A program made the position numbers and the translations under genes. From Hemiscyllium ocellatum (lineage: Eukaryota), in contig NW_026867526.1 of the NCBI RefSeq assembly GCF_020745735.1, forward strand, positions 1,218,416-1,282,415: DNA of 64,000 nucleotides, in the 5' to 3' direction. Below, piece after piece: positions 35,191-48,794 of this stretch. The notes under the pieces were generated by a model, which ran no database searches, was not told the DNA's origin, and saw only the letters and a program-made list of their open reading frames with translations. Position 1 is the stretch's first letter, and each line of letters opens with the position of its first letter.

Positions 35191-36269
35191 GAAATACGCC
35201 AATGTCTGGGTCAAAAATTGAAAACAATCCCAGCTCCACCTGACTCTCTGGCTAGCGATGTGGGAATTAATGGTCTAATTAATGGTGCCAGACGATGCCT
35301 GGGACAACATCACTTTATTCAACTAAAGTCAGTAATATACATTAACAATGTGAAAGGCACAAACTGTACTTTTACCCAGAGCAGCCAGTTACATCTGCAT
35401 TCAGATACAAAATTCAGAACATTGCACAGAAGATAGACGAGTCCTCACAACATTGGAAATGATTTTGTTTGATAAAACAGTCCATCCTAGACTTGTTTAG
35501 AACAACTTGTGACAACAAAATTGCTTGATTGTTTTTGTGTGGGGTAACACATGAAATGTTACTGTATTCCGACTGATGGGAACCATTTGCACTTCAAGTT
35601 ATTTGAAAACGTCCTTCACAACAGATATGGGAACAAATTTTAGAAATCATTGATCAAAGGGACATTTTATTTTGGACTCAAGGAAGATCCATAGTGATAT
35701 TTTGTAAATGTTTGGAGCTGTGATTGCTTTAAATTTTTAACTAAGACATTGGCATACAGTGGACAACATCACAATTTGCTATAACATGAAACTCACAACC
35801 ACTGAGAACCACCGCCTGATGGTTCAGAATTTAACAAGGATCTAGCAAGGTTCATGGAATGGACCGACGAGTGATACATGAAAATTAACAAAGGCATTTC
35901 TGAAATGATTAATTTAGCTAGGAAGAATGTAGAGACCTCACATCTCTGTTTGCATTTCAATATACTATAAATTACTTTTCTATTATATCCTAAAAAACTT
36001 GTGTCTTTGTTCATATTTAATGCACTCTATCTTTTTCTGGGGTTAAGATAGTTTCTTTATTTATTTCACTCAAGACTGGATGCTGTAGTTTTGCCTCAGT
36101 ATTGACCAACCTCGGTTTGGTGCCAGCTTATATCACTTGAGCTGCTTTTTCAGGAAGTGAATCTCTCCACCTGTTCAGTCAAAATAATCTGTTCATGCTT
36201 AGATCGAAATAAATCCTATTAATATCATCCCAAATTCAGACTCGGTTATTTTGTATTTATTCATTGGAA

Positions 36270-37330
36270 TTAAACAGGAATATGACCGGCTGTTCTTGGT
36301 GGAGTGGGAGGGGGAGTTAAAGTGTTCAGCCACGGGGCTGTGGGGTTGGTTGGCACGGGTGTCCCAGAGATGTTCTCTGAAATGATCCGCAAGTTAGTGT
36401 CCTGTCTCCCTGATGCAGAGGAGACCACATCAGGTGGAACAGACACAGTGGATGACATTTGTGGAAGTATAGATAAGTTTCTATGGGATGTGGAAGGATC
36501 ATTTGGGGCCTCGTCGGAGGTGAGGGGGGAGGTGTGGGCGCAGGTTTTGCACTTCCTGTGGTGACAGGGGAAGGTGACAGGGGTGGGGAGTGGGCTGGTG
36601 GGGGGCATGGACCTGACGAGGGAGTCGTGGAGGAATGGTGTCTCCGGAATGCCGATAGGTGTAGGGAGGGAAATATACCCCGAGTGATGGGGTCTGTTTA
36701 CGGTGGTGGAAGCAGCAGAGGATGATATGATGTATGCAAGGTTGGTGCGGTGGAAGGTGAGGACCAGGAGGGCTCCCTGTTGCAATTGGAGGGATGGGGT
36801 TCAAGGGCATCATCGACCACGTGGGAGGGAAATTGCAGTCTTTGATAAAGGACCTGGGATGTTTTATGGTGGAACTGGTCCTCCTGGGAGCAGATGCGGT
36901 GGAGGCAGAGGAATTGAGAATGAAGGATGGCATTTTTACCTGAGGTCGGGTGGGAGGAGGTGTAGTCCAGGTAGCTGTGGGAGTCAGTGGGCTTGTAGTA
37001 AATGTTTAGTTGGTCACTGGAGATAGAGATGAAGAGGTCTAGGAAAGGAAGGGAGGTGTCCGAGATGGTCCCTGTAAAGTTTAGGTCAGGGTGGAAGGTT
37101 TTAGTAAAGTAGATGAACTGTTCAACCTCCTAGTGGTTGCATGAGGTGGCGTTGATACAGTCATCAATGTAGCGGTGGTAAAGATGGGCAATGATACCGG
37201 TGTAGCTGTGGAAGATTGACTGTTCCACATATCTGACGAAGACGCAGGCATAGCTGGGGTCCATATAGGTGTCCATGGCTACCCCTTTGGTTTGGAGGAA
37301 GTGGGAGGATTGAAAGGAAATGTAGTTGAG
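36270..37330 (-). mobile_element. Penelope-like element fragment, decayed
   Basis: QTKGVAMDTYMDPSYACVFV...HRYIDDCI; homologous to the 60.6-63.0 kb copy. Confidence 0.85.
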
Positions 37331-39902
37331 GTTGAGCATGTACTGCTTGGGTTGGCGTGACAGGAAGAAACGGAGGGCTTCGAGGCCTCCATCATGGCGT
37401 TTGGATGTGTACAGGGCCTGGACATTCTGTTCATTCTGGGGCTTATCAATAGCTTGCAGTTATTATGGAACTGCAAGGGCAATGGCTGGGAACTCAGAGA
37501 AACCAATGGTTCAGTCTTCTGCTTGAAGCAAATTTTGACCAGAACATTTAAACACCACAAAGCTCACTGTAGGAAATGCCAGTGCTGCAACTTTTAATAA
37601 TATTTGAAACTTGGTTAAAAATAGGGATTTTTAATTATAGTTTCTGAAATAATCAAGAAAAGAATTAACCGTTAGAACAAGCTCTATCAAAGAGAGAGGA
37701 TTTGCAAAGTTTGAAACCACACAGTGCTGTGGTTTATTTGAATTCAATGTCGGTCAGAGTTAGATACAGCCAAGGTGATCTCTCCATATATTGATTGATT
37801 CTGTTAATCGGACACACCAACAGACCTGTCTGTACTAAACTGTATTATTTGTTTAATTGATCAAAATTTAGGAAATAGATCAAACAGAATGTATTCGGCT
37901 GGGAAGGTGATGAATACAGAAGACAGAATCAAAAGCTGGGAACATTAAATCTGAAGAGACAGTAACAAGTAGTACACGATCAAAGACATGAAAAGGTGCA
38001 TGTCAATGTGTTCCAGACATTAGTGAATCGAATGAGCTTGTTCGATAGTCGAGAGACTCGTCCAACGACATCCTGGAATCAGACCGTGAAATAGAGATCG
38101 AAAGGTCGATTTGCAAATGTCACTTCAATGTGATCACTTCACACTCTGTGTCCTGATATAGGCCACATTGGCAGGTGGTTCTGCCAGATTGTATCCCCTG
38201 GGTTTATTTTCTGATCAGAAGTGAGATGTGTGGCTTGCTGCTGGCACATAGAAACAGGAAGTTGCGCGCCAGCTGAGAATGATACATCAGGCGCTACTTT
38301 CCATATTATCAGCACAAACAGTCTTCCTACCTCTGAGGGTGAACACACTGACAGTGTCAAGAGCAAACAGACAGTTTGCTGATGGTCTCAACATTGTATT
38401 CAATTCCATTCCCATTTTCCAGAATGAAACAGAAGAGACACAAGATTATTTCAGCGAGAGTAAATTATCTGTCAGAGAGATAAGAAAGAGTTATCACCGG
38501 GTGAAAGGAGCGAAATGACAATATGTAGTTTCGCTCATAAACCTATGTTTAAAAGTAGAAAGCTTGGGGGAAGTTAATAAATAAATCTAAGAGACAGCAT
38601 TCATTAAAAGTTGGAATTGTAAGGTTTAGTCAATAAAATTCAGCAGGGCTTTGGTGGAAGTGAGACCATCTGGGAAGTGGTTGATTCTGTTTTCCGCAGA
38701 GGCAATGAGATGTGCCATCGGGTGTAAAAAGTGGATGTGATGCTTCTTGACTTCAATCAGGTTTTTGACCAGATCTTGCATCTTCAATATGCTAAGGGTT
38801 CATGGGATCTGGTGCAGTTTGGCAAATGCATCGAAGGTTTATTTGTTGGCAGAAGCTAAAGGTCAAAGGTAGTCATTGTGAAGACATCTTGTGTCCAGTG
38901 GCTTACCATATGACTTGGTGCTGGATCCTTTGCTGTTTGCAGCGTATATGAACGGTCTAGTCAAGAATGTAGCAATTTTGATCAGTAAGTTCAAAGATGA
39001 GGTGAAAAACATTTGGTTTTGCAATTAATGAGGAGGAAAGCCAGTGTGACATCGATGACCTTGCCTGTTGGAGAGAAAAATTGAAAACAGAACATTATAT
39101 CCTAAAGTCTGTGAAGTAAAGCATTTTCAAGACTAACAAATTAAGCGAATATATGATGTATTGTTGAAATCTACAAATACAAAGGATAAGCGATCTTCTG
39201 TTGTGCATATCACATCATGGAGTGCGAGTTGGAGTTATAGTCTGGAGATATTGTGGCTAGACCATTAATTCAGGAAACTGGGGTCTGAGCCTGCAGTGCT
39301 GCCACATCAAGTCATGAACTAAAGTTGATAATTAAACAACTCATTGCAGGAATAAGCTCCACAGATATCCCCTTGCTCGGCTTTGGAGAGCACAACACAT
39401 CAGCGCAAAAGTTAAGGCTGAAGTATTCACAGCAATCGTCAGCCAGAAGTGCCAATTGTCTGATCCATCTCAGCATCTTCCATAGATCACCAATATTACA
39501 GATACCTGTCAGCAGGGAATTCGCTTCTCTCCATGTGAAATCAAGACACGGTTGGGCTGGGGGGCACTGGTTACTGCAAATGCTATGGAGCCTGACAAAA
39601 TTCTGGCAATAATACTGATGACTTGTGCTAGCCAAGCACTCCCAGTACAGCTACCACACTGGCATGGACAATGTGGAAAATAGGCCAGGCATGTTCTGTG
39701 CACAGAAAATAGGTCAAACCACCCTGGCGACTTCCTGCTCCATCAGTCCATGCTCAATCATGTGTTAGGTGTAGGAAGGTGCTTTCAACAGTGCTATCAA
39801 GCAGCACTAGCTCAGTAATAACCTGCTTGGTGACATAAAATGTGGCTTACGCAAGGCCTACTCAGCTCATGACTGAAGTACAGACTTGATTTAAACATGG
39901 CT

Positions 39903-40126
39903 TAAAAATGTGTTGCTGGAAAAGCGCAGCAGGTCAGGCAGCATCAAAGGAGCAGGAGAATTGACGTTTTGGATATAAGCCCTTCTGAAGGCTGATTCCT
40001 GAAGAAGGGCTTATGCCCAAAACGTTGATTCTCCTGCTCCTTTGATGCTGCCTGATCTGCTGCGCTTTTCCAGCAACACATTTTTAAGCTCTGATCTCCA
40101 GCATCTGCGGTCCTCACTTTCTCCTA
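39903..40126. mobile_element. Head-to-head Penelope terminal repeats with degenerate hammerheads
   Basis: AAAATGTGTTGCTGGAAAAGCGCAGC... and its inverse ...GCTGCGCTTTTCCAGCAACACATTTT. Confidence 0.8.
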
Positions 40127-41022
40127 GTTGATTTAAACATGGACAAAGAACTGAATTCCAGAAATGAGGGAAGAGTGACAGCTCTTCACATTAAGGTCAC
40201 ATTCGACAGAGTGTGATATTATGGAGTCCTAGCAAAACTGGATTCAATGGGTATCAGGTGACAACCTCCCTGCTGCCTGCAGTCAGACCTCACACATTGG
40301 AAGGTGGCTCTGCTTGTTAGAGGGCAGTCGTCTCAGCCAAAGCAAATCTCTGTTGGAGTTCCTAAAGAAAGTGTCCTTGGCCCAATCATGTTCAGCTGCT
40401 TCAGCAATGCCTTTCCCTCCCTCAGAAGGTCAGAAGTGAAATCTGCATTGATCTAGCACTTTTTTTGGGACTGCTCAGTCCACATTCAAACGCAACAAAA
40501 TCTGGACAATTTCCAGCCTTGAGCTGACAAGTGGCAAATAGCATTCACACCACAAACTTGCGAGACAATGACCATTGACAATAAGAGACAATCTAACCAA
40601 AACCCCTTGACATTCAATAGTGTTACCATCACGGAATCCCTCACCATCGACATCCTGGGTTTTATTGTTCATTAGAAATTGAGCTGGACACTCCATATAA
40701 ATACAATGGCTGTAAGAGCAGGCCAGAGGCTAGGAATACTGCAGTGAGTAACTCACCCTCCTGACTTGCAAAGCCAATTAATTGTCTAAGAGACAGAAGT
40801 CAGGAGGGTAATAGCACAGCTCACCCTTTGACTGGACAGGAGCACCTTCAACTGCACTCAAGAAGCTAGGCATTGTCCAGGACAAAGCATCCCACTTGAT
40901 CAGCAGCACATCCACAAGCGTCCATTGCCTCCAAATCTGATGCTTAGTATCTGCCATATGCTGAAAAATGTGTTGCTAGAAAAGCGCAGCAGGTCAGGCA
41001 GCATCCAAGGAGCAGGAGAATC

Positions 41023-41050
41023 GATGTTTCGGGCATAAGCCCTTCTTCAG
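41023..41050 (-). ncRNA. Hammerhead motif, near-intact (stem III CpG-decayed to ACAU)
   Basis: CTGAAGA-A-GGGC-TTAT-GCCC-GAAA-CATC in the Penelope terminus at ~40962-41052. Confidence 0.45.
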
Positions 41051-41699
41051 GCATACCTGCCGTATGCACTGTCTAAAATACTGCACTGCAGTAACTTAGC
41101 CACTTCCTTACACAGGACCTTCCCACTCCCACTTGCATCTCGATGGATAAGAACAGCAGATACATGGGAACAGCACCACTGTAAGCTCCTCTCTAAACTA
41201 CTCGGCATCCTGACATGGAAATACATCATCGATCTTTTACTGTAACTGGGTCAAAATCTGGAATTCCCTTCCTCAGGTCATTTTGGAAGATGTTATTTCA
41301 GAAAGGCAGCTTTCTGCCATCTTCTGAAGGACACCTACCGACAACTAAAAGCAACCACCGTGTTCCATGAGTCAATAAAACAATCATTGAAGCTAATATG
41401 ACAGTTTGAGAAAGTGGTTAAGGAGGCATTATGAGTATGTAATAAGCAATCAAAAGGTTTGGAGTAAAGTTCCAGAACCAATCTCTACCATAGTAGCTTC
41501 AATTCATGAAAGAGTATGAAACGAAACTGCTGAAGTAACGAATGATAATCACAGACCTACCAAAGTTTTGAAGCATGTTACATGGTTCAGTATTGTCCTT
41601 CAGAGGAGGATGTGTGACCTTCCTACCTGGCCTGCCTGACCTGTTCAACAAAAAGGCGATGGTTCCTTTCCTGTGCCGAACCTGACTAAGAAACCCATC

Positions 41700-41922
41700 A
41701 GGAGAAAGTGAGGACTGCAGGTGCTGGAGATCTGAGTTGAGAGTGTAGTGCTGGAAAAGCACAGCAGGTCAGGCAGCATCCAAGGAGCAGGAGAATCAAT
41801 GTTCCAGCCATAACAGCTACATCAGGTATCTTAATGAAGGCCTTCTGCCCAAAACGTCGATTCTCCTGCTCCTCGGACGCTGCCTGACCTGCTGTACTTT
41901 TCCAGCACTACAGTCTCGACTG
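41700..41922. mobile_element. Head-to-head Penelope terminal repeats, degenerate
   Basis: Same terminal-repeat family in inverted arrangement. Confidence 0.75.
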
Positions 41923-44269
41923 AGAAGCCATTTGGTTGTAATAAAGCTTCTTAAGAAAGATCAACCATAATTAGCCGAGCAAGATGGCAGGCCTTCAAAA
42001 AGGGAGCTGATGACCACCTTCTTGGGATATGTGACTAACGTTTTCATAATTCAGTGAAGAATTCAACAAATGCAAATGACGGTGAGTCAGGCTCTTCAGA
42101 CAGATCCGATACAGATTTTAGATTGGTGAGTGGATGCAAAGTCTCCTGTGATGTTGCTGTGAACAGCAAGAGAGTTCTTGCCAGTATTTCACTCCAATAT
42201 TTGTTCATGATGTAAAGTGTCAGATTTATTGCATTTCTGTGCTTTCTGTACATTGCCAACATTTGGATCACAGTGATGATATCATGGGACCAGTATTCTC
42301 GAACTCCAGTTTGATGTTGGATGGCCAGGGTTTGGAATATCATCGTTTGCCCAGGGTGAAATGTGAATTTAAAGAAATCCTGGAATCAGAAAGGAAGGCA
42401 AATGGTGACCATGTAACCCGAGTCAATGGAAAAATACAAAAACAGCTGGTTCACGAATGACAAGGCATCTGTCACCTTTACATGGTCTGGCCGACATGAG
42501 ATTCCAGACCCACTGGGAAGTAATTGACTGTGTTCTGAAGTGGCTTTAGCAAGCTATTCAATGGGCAGTTGGGGATAGGGACTCATTGCTGACCCTTACC
42601 ATTAAGTAATACGTGTAACGAAACCTCGTAACAACTATATCAATTAAATGTAATTGTTGCGGCAGTTCCTGTATTTCACGTGAATATTCTAAATTTGCAG
42701 AATTTTCAGCACTGAATTGTTAACCTAAATAAAAGTTTTAAATTGTTTATCTTTCAGAAATAAATAAAATCTGTTGCAATTCGGCTTCATAAATTTTTAT
42801 TCACTTCTGCAAATGGTCAACATTCTTAAAATAAACTTGTTTCGATTTGAAACTTACCACCAAATCACTTCATTCACCTGGCTTTGCTGCCATCATCACT
42901 TCCTTGAAGCCAATTAAGCATTTATGTAAATAAACACAGAAATAGAATTCTCAGAATAGATTACAGAACCACAAAACCCTAATTTATATTTCCCCACAAG
43001 CACATCACACGAATTGTGGAAAAATGCAAATAACTCAATGGATTCCAATACTAATTGATGTTAGGACTTTTTAATACATAAGTTGTATGATTGTTGAATG
43101 ACAGAGGTATCAATTGTCATGTTTAGTCAAAAAACTATAATTAAGAGATACATTGGCACAGCTAATATTTCTGTGTCTCTTTTTCTCTCTTCCCCTCCTG
43201 CCTGCCCCCTTTTTACTTTATCTCTGATGCCTTGTTTTGCCTCTCCACAATCGGACAATGTTTTCCTCAATAACATGAAGCCAACACCTCACCAACATTG
43301 CCTCTCAGCCAAATTCATCCATTTCTTTCGAGAGATTTGAGTCAGGACAGCAAGATTTTACAAACATCTGTCTGAGTATTGAGTGATCTGGAAATGCTTG
43401 ATAGGAATGAGGCTGCAAGACTTTACTGTGTTCGCGTTTTCATTGTATCTCAGCACTATTATTCTTGTCTGAGGAATGTTTAATGGTTCAGTGTAATGCA
43501 TATTTAGTCTATAATTAACCTTACACTGCACATCTCATGGAAGGTTTAATATTGTAGAGGTCAATTTATTTTGTGTCAACTCTGGGAGGATTTTTTTTAG
43601 GGAATCCTGGATGCAGCTCTACTCTGTGTCTAAACCAAAATATATTTGACATGATTGCATTGGACAACACAATATAGAGGGAGATTTACCCAGCACATTA
43701 CATGAGCTGTACAATCACGGAAAACATTTGATGTAGCCGTGTAAAGGGGCTTGAACTCCTACCCACTGTCTTTCTGATTTTGAAATGCTTGATACCAGAA
43801 TAAAAAGGGAACAGCACTATGCATCGAAACTTTGTTATACAAGTAGATTATCATCTACAGGCATAGACATACACACACACATAAGCAAATCATCTCTGAA
43901 CAACCCTTGCAGTGTTTAATGGATGAGTACTGAGAGAGCTTTAATATGCAATGTGTGTGTATTCCATGCAACACATGCCAACAGTGTGCTTGATATGGTA
44001 GTTTAAATGTAGTTTTGATCTGTCTTTAACCTTTTCTGTGACAGCCGTGGTTGTGTTTGACAAATATTCAACAGAACTGGAGGACTATAAATGTAGTCAC
44101 TGCATTAGGGGCAGAATGCAATGCCATCTAACAGTGAGAAAGATGATCCCTGTCTCTTTTCATGATGAGGAGGGATTGAAGTAGCTGGGCTTCAAACATG
44201 AAATGGAGGGTAATTTCGATGAGACCTATATAATTCTGAAAAGACTAACTTCGAGCAAAAGTCAATGAG

Positions 44270-45640
44270 AGGGAACCAGAAGCAGTCTGTTCAGCCAATG
44301 GGGTTTGGGCTTCCAAACAATGACATCATAGCTGAGCTGATAATCCTCACCTCCACTTTTCAGCGTTTAACTGTAAGCATTGATTCAATTCCCAAATCAA
44401 AACCTGCCCATTTCAGCCTTCAAAATACTGACTGACCCAGCCTCGACAGTGTTCTATGGAAACAAATTCCACAGATTCACTACATTCTGGGAGACAAAAT
44501 TCTGTTCTGCCTGACATTTGTGACCTCTAATTCAGAGATTTTACTCACTGGTCCGAACCTCTCCCACAAGGGGAAACAACATTTCTGCATTTACACCATC
44601 AAGTTTCCTGAAAATAATAGATGTTTCAGAATGTCACCACTGAATCTTCTATGTTCTAATGAGTATAGGCCCAAACGACTCAGTCTCTACTCTCAAGACA
44701 GTCCCTCCATCCTCAGGATCAGTCGGCTAAACCTCGTGTGGATTGTCTCACAGTCCAGTGTACCTTTTCTTTGTGATATGAGTCCCAAGAACAGTCCACA
44801 GTATTCCAGCTGTGGTAAAAATACAGGTCCTTTTCAGTTTAAACAAACATTATAGTCATACAGATATCCAGCACAGAAACAGACCCTTCGGTCCAACTGC
44901 ACTGACCAGATATCCCAACCTGACTGAGTACCATTTGCCAGACATTTGGCCTATCTTTCTCTAAATGTTACCTGTTCATACACCCATCCAGGTGCCTTTT
45001 AAATGCAGTAATTGAACCCACCTCCCCCACTACCACTGGCAGCTGTTTCCATATATGCACGTGAAAAGGTTACCCCTCAGGTTCTTCTTCTCAGTTTCTC
45101 CTCTCACCTTAATCTGCTGTCCTCTAGTTTTGGACTCTCCCACTCGAGGAAAAAGGCCTTGGCTATTCACCATATCAATGCCCTGCATGGTTTTATAGGG
45201 TCTTGTTCAGGCCACTCCTCAGCCTCCTTTCCTCTCACTGTAGGGAAAAGAAAAGCCCCAGTCTATTCAGCTTCACCTTATACCTTAAACACTCCAGTTC
45301 CAGCATCATTCTTGGAAATCTTTTCTACATCCCCTCAAGTTTCACAAAATCCTTCATAGAAATGGTCAGCCAGATTTGTCTGTAATAATTCTAAACGTGG
45401 CCTCACAAATGTCCTATACAACTGAGACATGGCATCGCGACTCCTACACTTAATGTTATGGCCAATGAAGGAAAGCCTGCCAAACACCTTCTTCCCCACC
45501 CTGTCTACCTGCAACTCCACTTTCAAGGAATGATGCATCTGCACCCTTTGGTTTCTTTGCTCAGCAACACTCCCCAAGGCCCAGCCATTAATTGTATATG
45601 TCTTGCCCTGGTTTGCCTGACAAAAATGCAGCACCTCACA
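44270..45640 (-). mobile_element. Stacked decayed CR1 3' fragments
   Basis: ALGSVAEQRNQRVQMHHSLKVELQVDRV and CR1 tails. Confidence 0.65.
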
Positions 45641-45815
45641 TTTATTTAATAAAGCTTGGGTTCATGAAAGGCAGGTCATGTTTAACTGATTAACTGGAAT
45701 TCTTTGAGGTCATAATGAGCGTGGTAGACCATGGGGAACTGGTGAACGTGGTGTATCTGGATTTCCAAAAGGCATTCAGCAAGGTGCTGCACAAAAGGCT
45801 GCTGCATAAGATAAA
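45640..45815 (+). mobile_element. Older CR1 RT fragment, left part of the host of the nested insertion
   Basis: ELVNVVYLDFQKAFSKVLHKRLLHKI RT motif; continues at 49615. Confidence 0.8.
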
Positions 45816-45890
45816 CATAGAACATAGAAGGATACAGCGCAGTACAGGCCCTTCGGCCCTCGATGTTGCGCCGACCGAGTCCTACCTAAC

Positions 45891-48794
45891 CTATACTAGC
45901 CCAATAACTTCCAAATGCCTATCCAATGCCCGCTTAAATGACCATAAAGAAGGAGAGTTCACCACTGATACGGGCAGGGCATTCCATGAACTCACAACCC
46001 GCTGTGTGAAGAATCTACCCCTAACATCTGTCCTATACCTACCACCCCTTAATTTAAAGCTATGTCCCCTAGTAACACCTGACTCCATTAGCGGTAAAAG
46101 GTTCTTAGTATCTACCCTATCTAAACCCCTAATCATCTTATACACTTCTATCAGATCTCCCCTAAACCTTCTCTTCTCCAATGAGAACAGCCCCAAGTGC
46201 CTCAGCCTTTCCTCATAAGATTTTCCTACCATTCCAGGCAACATCCTGGTAAACCTCCTCTGCACTCGTTCTAAAGCTTCCACATCCTTCCTATAGTATG
46301 GCGACCAAAACTGCACACAATACTCCAGATGAGGCCTCACCAGAGTCTTATACAACTGCAACATGACCTCAGGACTCCGGAACTCAATTCCTCTGCCAAT
46401 AAAGCCCAGTACACCATATGCCTTCCTCACAGCACTATTTACCTGGGTGGCAACTTTCAGAGATCTGTGTACATAGACACCAAGATCCCTCTGCTCATCC
46501 ACACTACCAAGTAGCCTACCATTAGCCCAGTAATCCATCATCTTGTTATTCCTACCAAAGTGAACGACTTCGCACTTAGCTACATTGAATTCCATTTGCC
46601 ACATTTCCGCCCAGCTCTGCAACTTATCTATATCCCGCTGTAACCTACCACTTCCTTCCTCACTATCCACAACTCCACCGACTTTCGTGTCATCCGCAAA
46701 CTTGCTTACCCAGCTTTCAAGTCCTTCCTCTAGATCATTTATAAAGATAACAAAAAGCAATGGTCCCAAAACAGATCCTTGTGGTACACCGCTAGTAACT
46801 GCGCTCCAAGATGAACATAATCCATCAACTACTACCCTCTGTCTCCTTCCAGCCAGCCAATTCCTAATCCAAACCTCTAATGTATCCTCAATGCCATACC
46901 TCCGAAGTTTTAGCATTAGCCTACCATGGGGAACCTTATCGAACGCCTTACTAAAATCCATATACACAACATCTACTGCTTTACCCTCATCCACTTCCTT
47001 AGTCACCTTCTCAAAGAACTCAATAAGGTTTGTGAGGCACGACCTGCCCTTCACAAAACCATGCTGGCTATCCCTGATCACGTTATTCCTACCCAGATGT
47101 TCATAAATCTTATCCCTTACCATTCTCTCTAAGACTTTGCCCACCACTGAAGTCAGACTCACTGGCCTATAGTTACTAGGGCTATCCCTACTCCCTTTCT
47201 TGAACAAGGGGACCACATTCGCTATCCTCCAGTCCTCTGGTACTATTCCCGTTGACAATGACGACATAAAAATCCAGGCCAATGGCTCTGCTATCTCCTC
47301 CCTAGCTTCCCATAGGATCCTGGGGTAAATGCCATCAGGCCCAGGAGACTTATCTATATTCATCCTTTCCAATATTCCCAAAACCTCTTCCCTGCATATT
47401 TCCAGGGCATCCATTCTAATTATTTGTGATTCCATATTCACATCAGCAACAGTGTCCTGTTCCTGAGTGAATACTGATGAAAAGTACTGATTTAATGTCT
47501 CTCCAATCTCCTCCGCCTCCACACACAACTTCCCACTACTATCCTTGACTGGACCGATACCTACCCTAGTCATCCTTTTATTCTTGACATACCTATAGAA
47601 AGCCTTTGGGTTTTCCCTAATCCTACCAGCTAAAGACTTTTCATGTCCCCTTCTCGCTTCTCTTAGCTCCCTCTTTAGCTCCTTCCTGGCTACCTTATAA
47701 CTCTCAATCGCCCCTACTGAACCTTCACGCCTCATCTTTACATATGCCGCCTTCTTCCCTTTCACAAGGGACTCCAATTCCTTACTAAACCACGGCTGCC
47801 TCACAAGGCCCTTTACACCATGCCTGACTGGTACATACCTATCGAGGACACGCAGTAGCTGCTCCTTGAACAATCCCCACATCTCATTAGTGTTCTTCTC
47901 TTGAAGCCTGTTTTTCCAATCCACACAACCTAAGTCATGCCTCACTGCATCATAATTTCCCTGCCCCCAGCTATAGCTCTTGCCCTGCGGCGCACGATTA
48001 TCCCTCTCCATCACTAAAGTAAAAGTCACCGATTTGTGGTCACTGTCCCCGAAGTGCTCACCTACCTCCAAGTCTAACACCTGGCCTGGTTCATTACCTA
48101 GAACCAAATCCAATATAGCCTCCCCTCTTGTTGGCCTGTCGACATATTGTGTCAGGAAACCCTCCTGCACACATTGTACAAACACCGACCCATCTAATGA
48201 ACTCGAGCTATAGCTCTCCCAGTCAATATCTGGGAAGTTAAAGTCCCCCATAACAACCACCCTGCTACCTTCACTCTTTTCCTGAATCATCCTCGCAATA
48301 TTATCCTCTACTTCTCTAGGACTATTAGGAGGCCTGTAGAAAACACCTAACAGGGTGACCTCACCTTTTCTATTTCTAACCTCAGCCCAAACTACCTCAG
48401 ATGGCAAGTCCTCTTCCATCGTCCATTCCACTGCTGTGATACTGTCTTTGACAAGTAATGCCACGCCTCCCCCTTTTTTACCCCCATGTCTGATCCTACT
48501 AAAACATTTGAACCCTGGAACGTGCAACAGCCATTCTTGTCCCTGTTCTACCCACGTCTCTGTAATGGCCACAACATCGAAGTCCCAGGTACCAACCCAC
48601 GCTGCAAGTTCACCTACCTTATTCCTTATACTTCTGGCATTGAAGTATACACACTTCAATCCACCTTTCTGGTTACAGGCACCCTCCTTAGAGATCGCTG
48701 CATTATTCCTAACCTCCCTACACTCAAGGTCCTGTACCCTAAAGCTACAGTCCTGGTTCCCATGCCCCCGCGGAGTTAGTTTAAACCCTCCCAA
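45891..48794 (-). CDS. CR1 ORF2: intact 967-aa AP-endonuclease + reverse transcriptase
   Basis: Uninterrupted ORF with EN motifs (FNARS, ITETW, YRPP, GDFN, LDL, SDH) and RT motifs (PQGSVLGP, FADD). True start codon uncertain. Confidence 0.93.
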   Translation of the reverse strand: MGGFKLTPRGHGNQDCSFRVQDLECREVRNNAAISKEGACNQKGGLKCVYFNARSIRNKVGELAAWVGTWDFDVVAITETWVEQGQEWLLHVPGFKCFSRIRHGGKKGGGVALLVKDSITAVEWTMEEDLPSEVVWAEVRNRKGEVTLLGVFYRPPNSPREVEDNIARMIQEKSEGSRVVVMGDFNFPDIDWESYSSSSLDGSVFVQCVQEGFLTQYVDRPTRGEAILDLVLGNEPGQVLDLEVGEHFGDSDHKSVTFTLVMERDNRAPQGKSYSWGQGNYDAVRHDLGCVDWKNRLQEKNTNEMWGLFKEQLLRVLDRYVPVRHGVKGLVRQPWFSKELESLVKGKKAAYVKMRREGSVGAIESYKVARKELKRELREARRGHEKSLAGRIRENPKAFYRYVKNKRMTRVGIGPVKDSSGKLCVEAEEIGETLNQYFSSVFTQEQDTVADVNMESQIIRMDALEICREEVLGILERMNIDKSPGPDGIYPRILWEAREEIAEPLAWIFMSSLSTGIVPEDWRIANVVPLFKKGSRDSPSNYRPVSLTSVVGKVLERMVRDKIYEHLGRNNVIRDSQHGFVKGRSCLTNLIEFFEKVTKEVDEGKAVDVVYMDFSKAFDKVPHGRLMLKLRRYGIEDTLEVWIRNWLAGRRQRVVVDGLCSSWSAVTSGVPQGSVLGPLLFVIFINDLEEGLESWVSKFADDTKVGGVVDSEEGSGRLQRDIDKLQSWAEMWQMEFNVAKCEVVHFGRNNKMMDYWANGRLLGSVDEQRDLGVYVHRSLKVATQVNSAVRKAYGVLGFIGRGIEFRSPEVMLQLYKTLVRPHLEYCVQFWSPYYRKDVEALERVQRRFTRMLPGMVGKSYEERLRHLGLFSLEKRRFRGDLIEVYKMIRGLDRVDTKNLLPLMESGVTRGHSFKLRGGRYRTDVRGRFFTQRVVSSWNALPVSVVNSPSLWSFKRALDRHLEVIGLV

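Larger units (their letters stand above)
39270..41330 (+). mobile_element. Decayed non-LTR element of a second family, interrupted by Penelope termini
   Basis: RT-like remnants (GAGTTCCTAAAGAAAGTGTCCTTGGCCCAATCATGTTCAGCTGCTTC, i.e. GVP-GSVLGP-F); family not determined. Confidence 0.55.

Noticed and set aside
37720-37726. Lone CACAGTG heptamer (also 16265-16271 and 63975-63981)
   Set aside because: No nonamer at 12 or 22/23 bp and no adjacent V/D/J coding sequence.
42070-43031. Perfect octamers at 42070 and 43024
   Set aside because: Far from any Ig segment and consistent with chance in AT-rich sequence.
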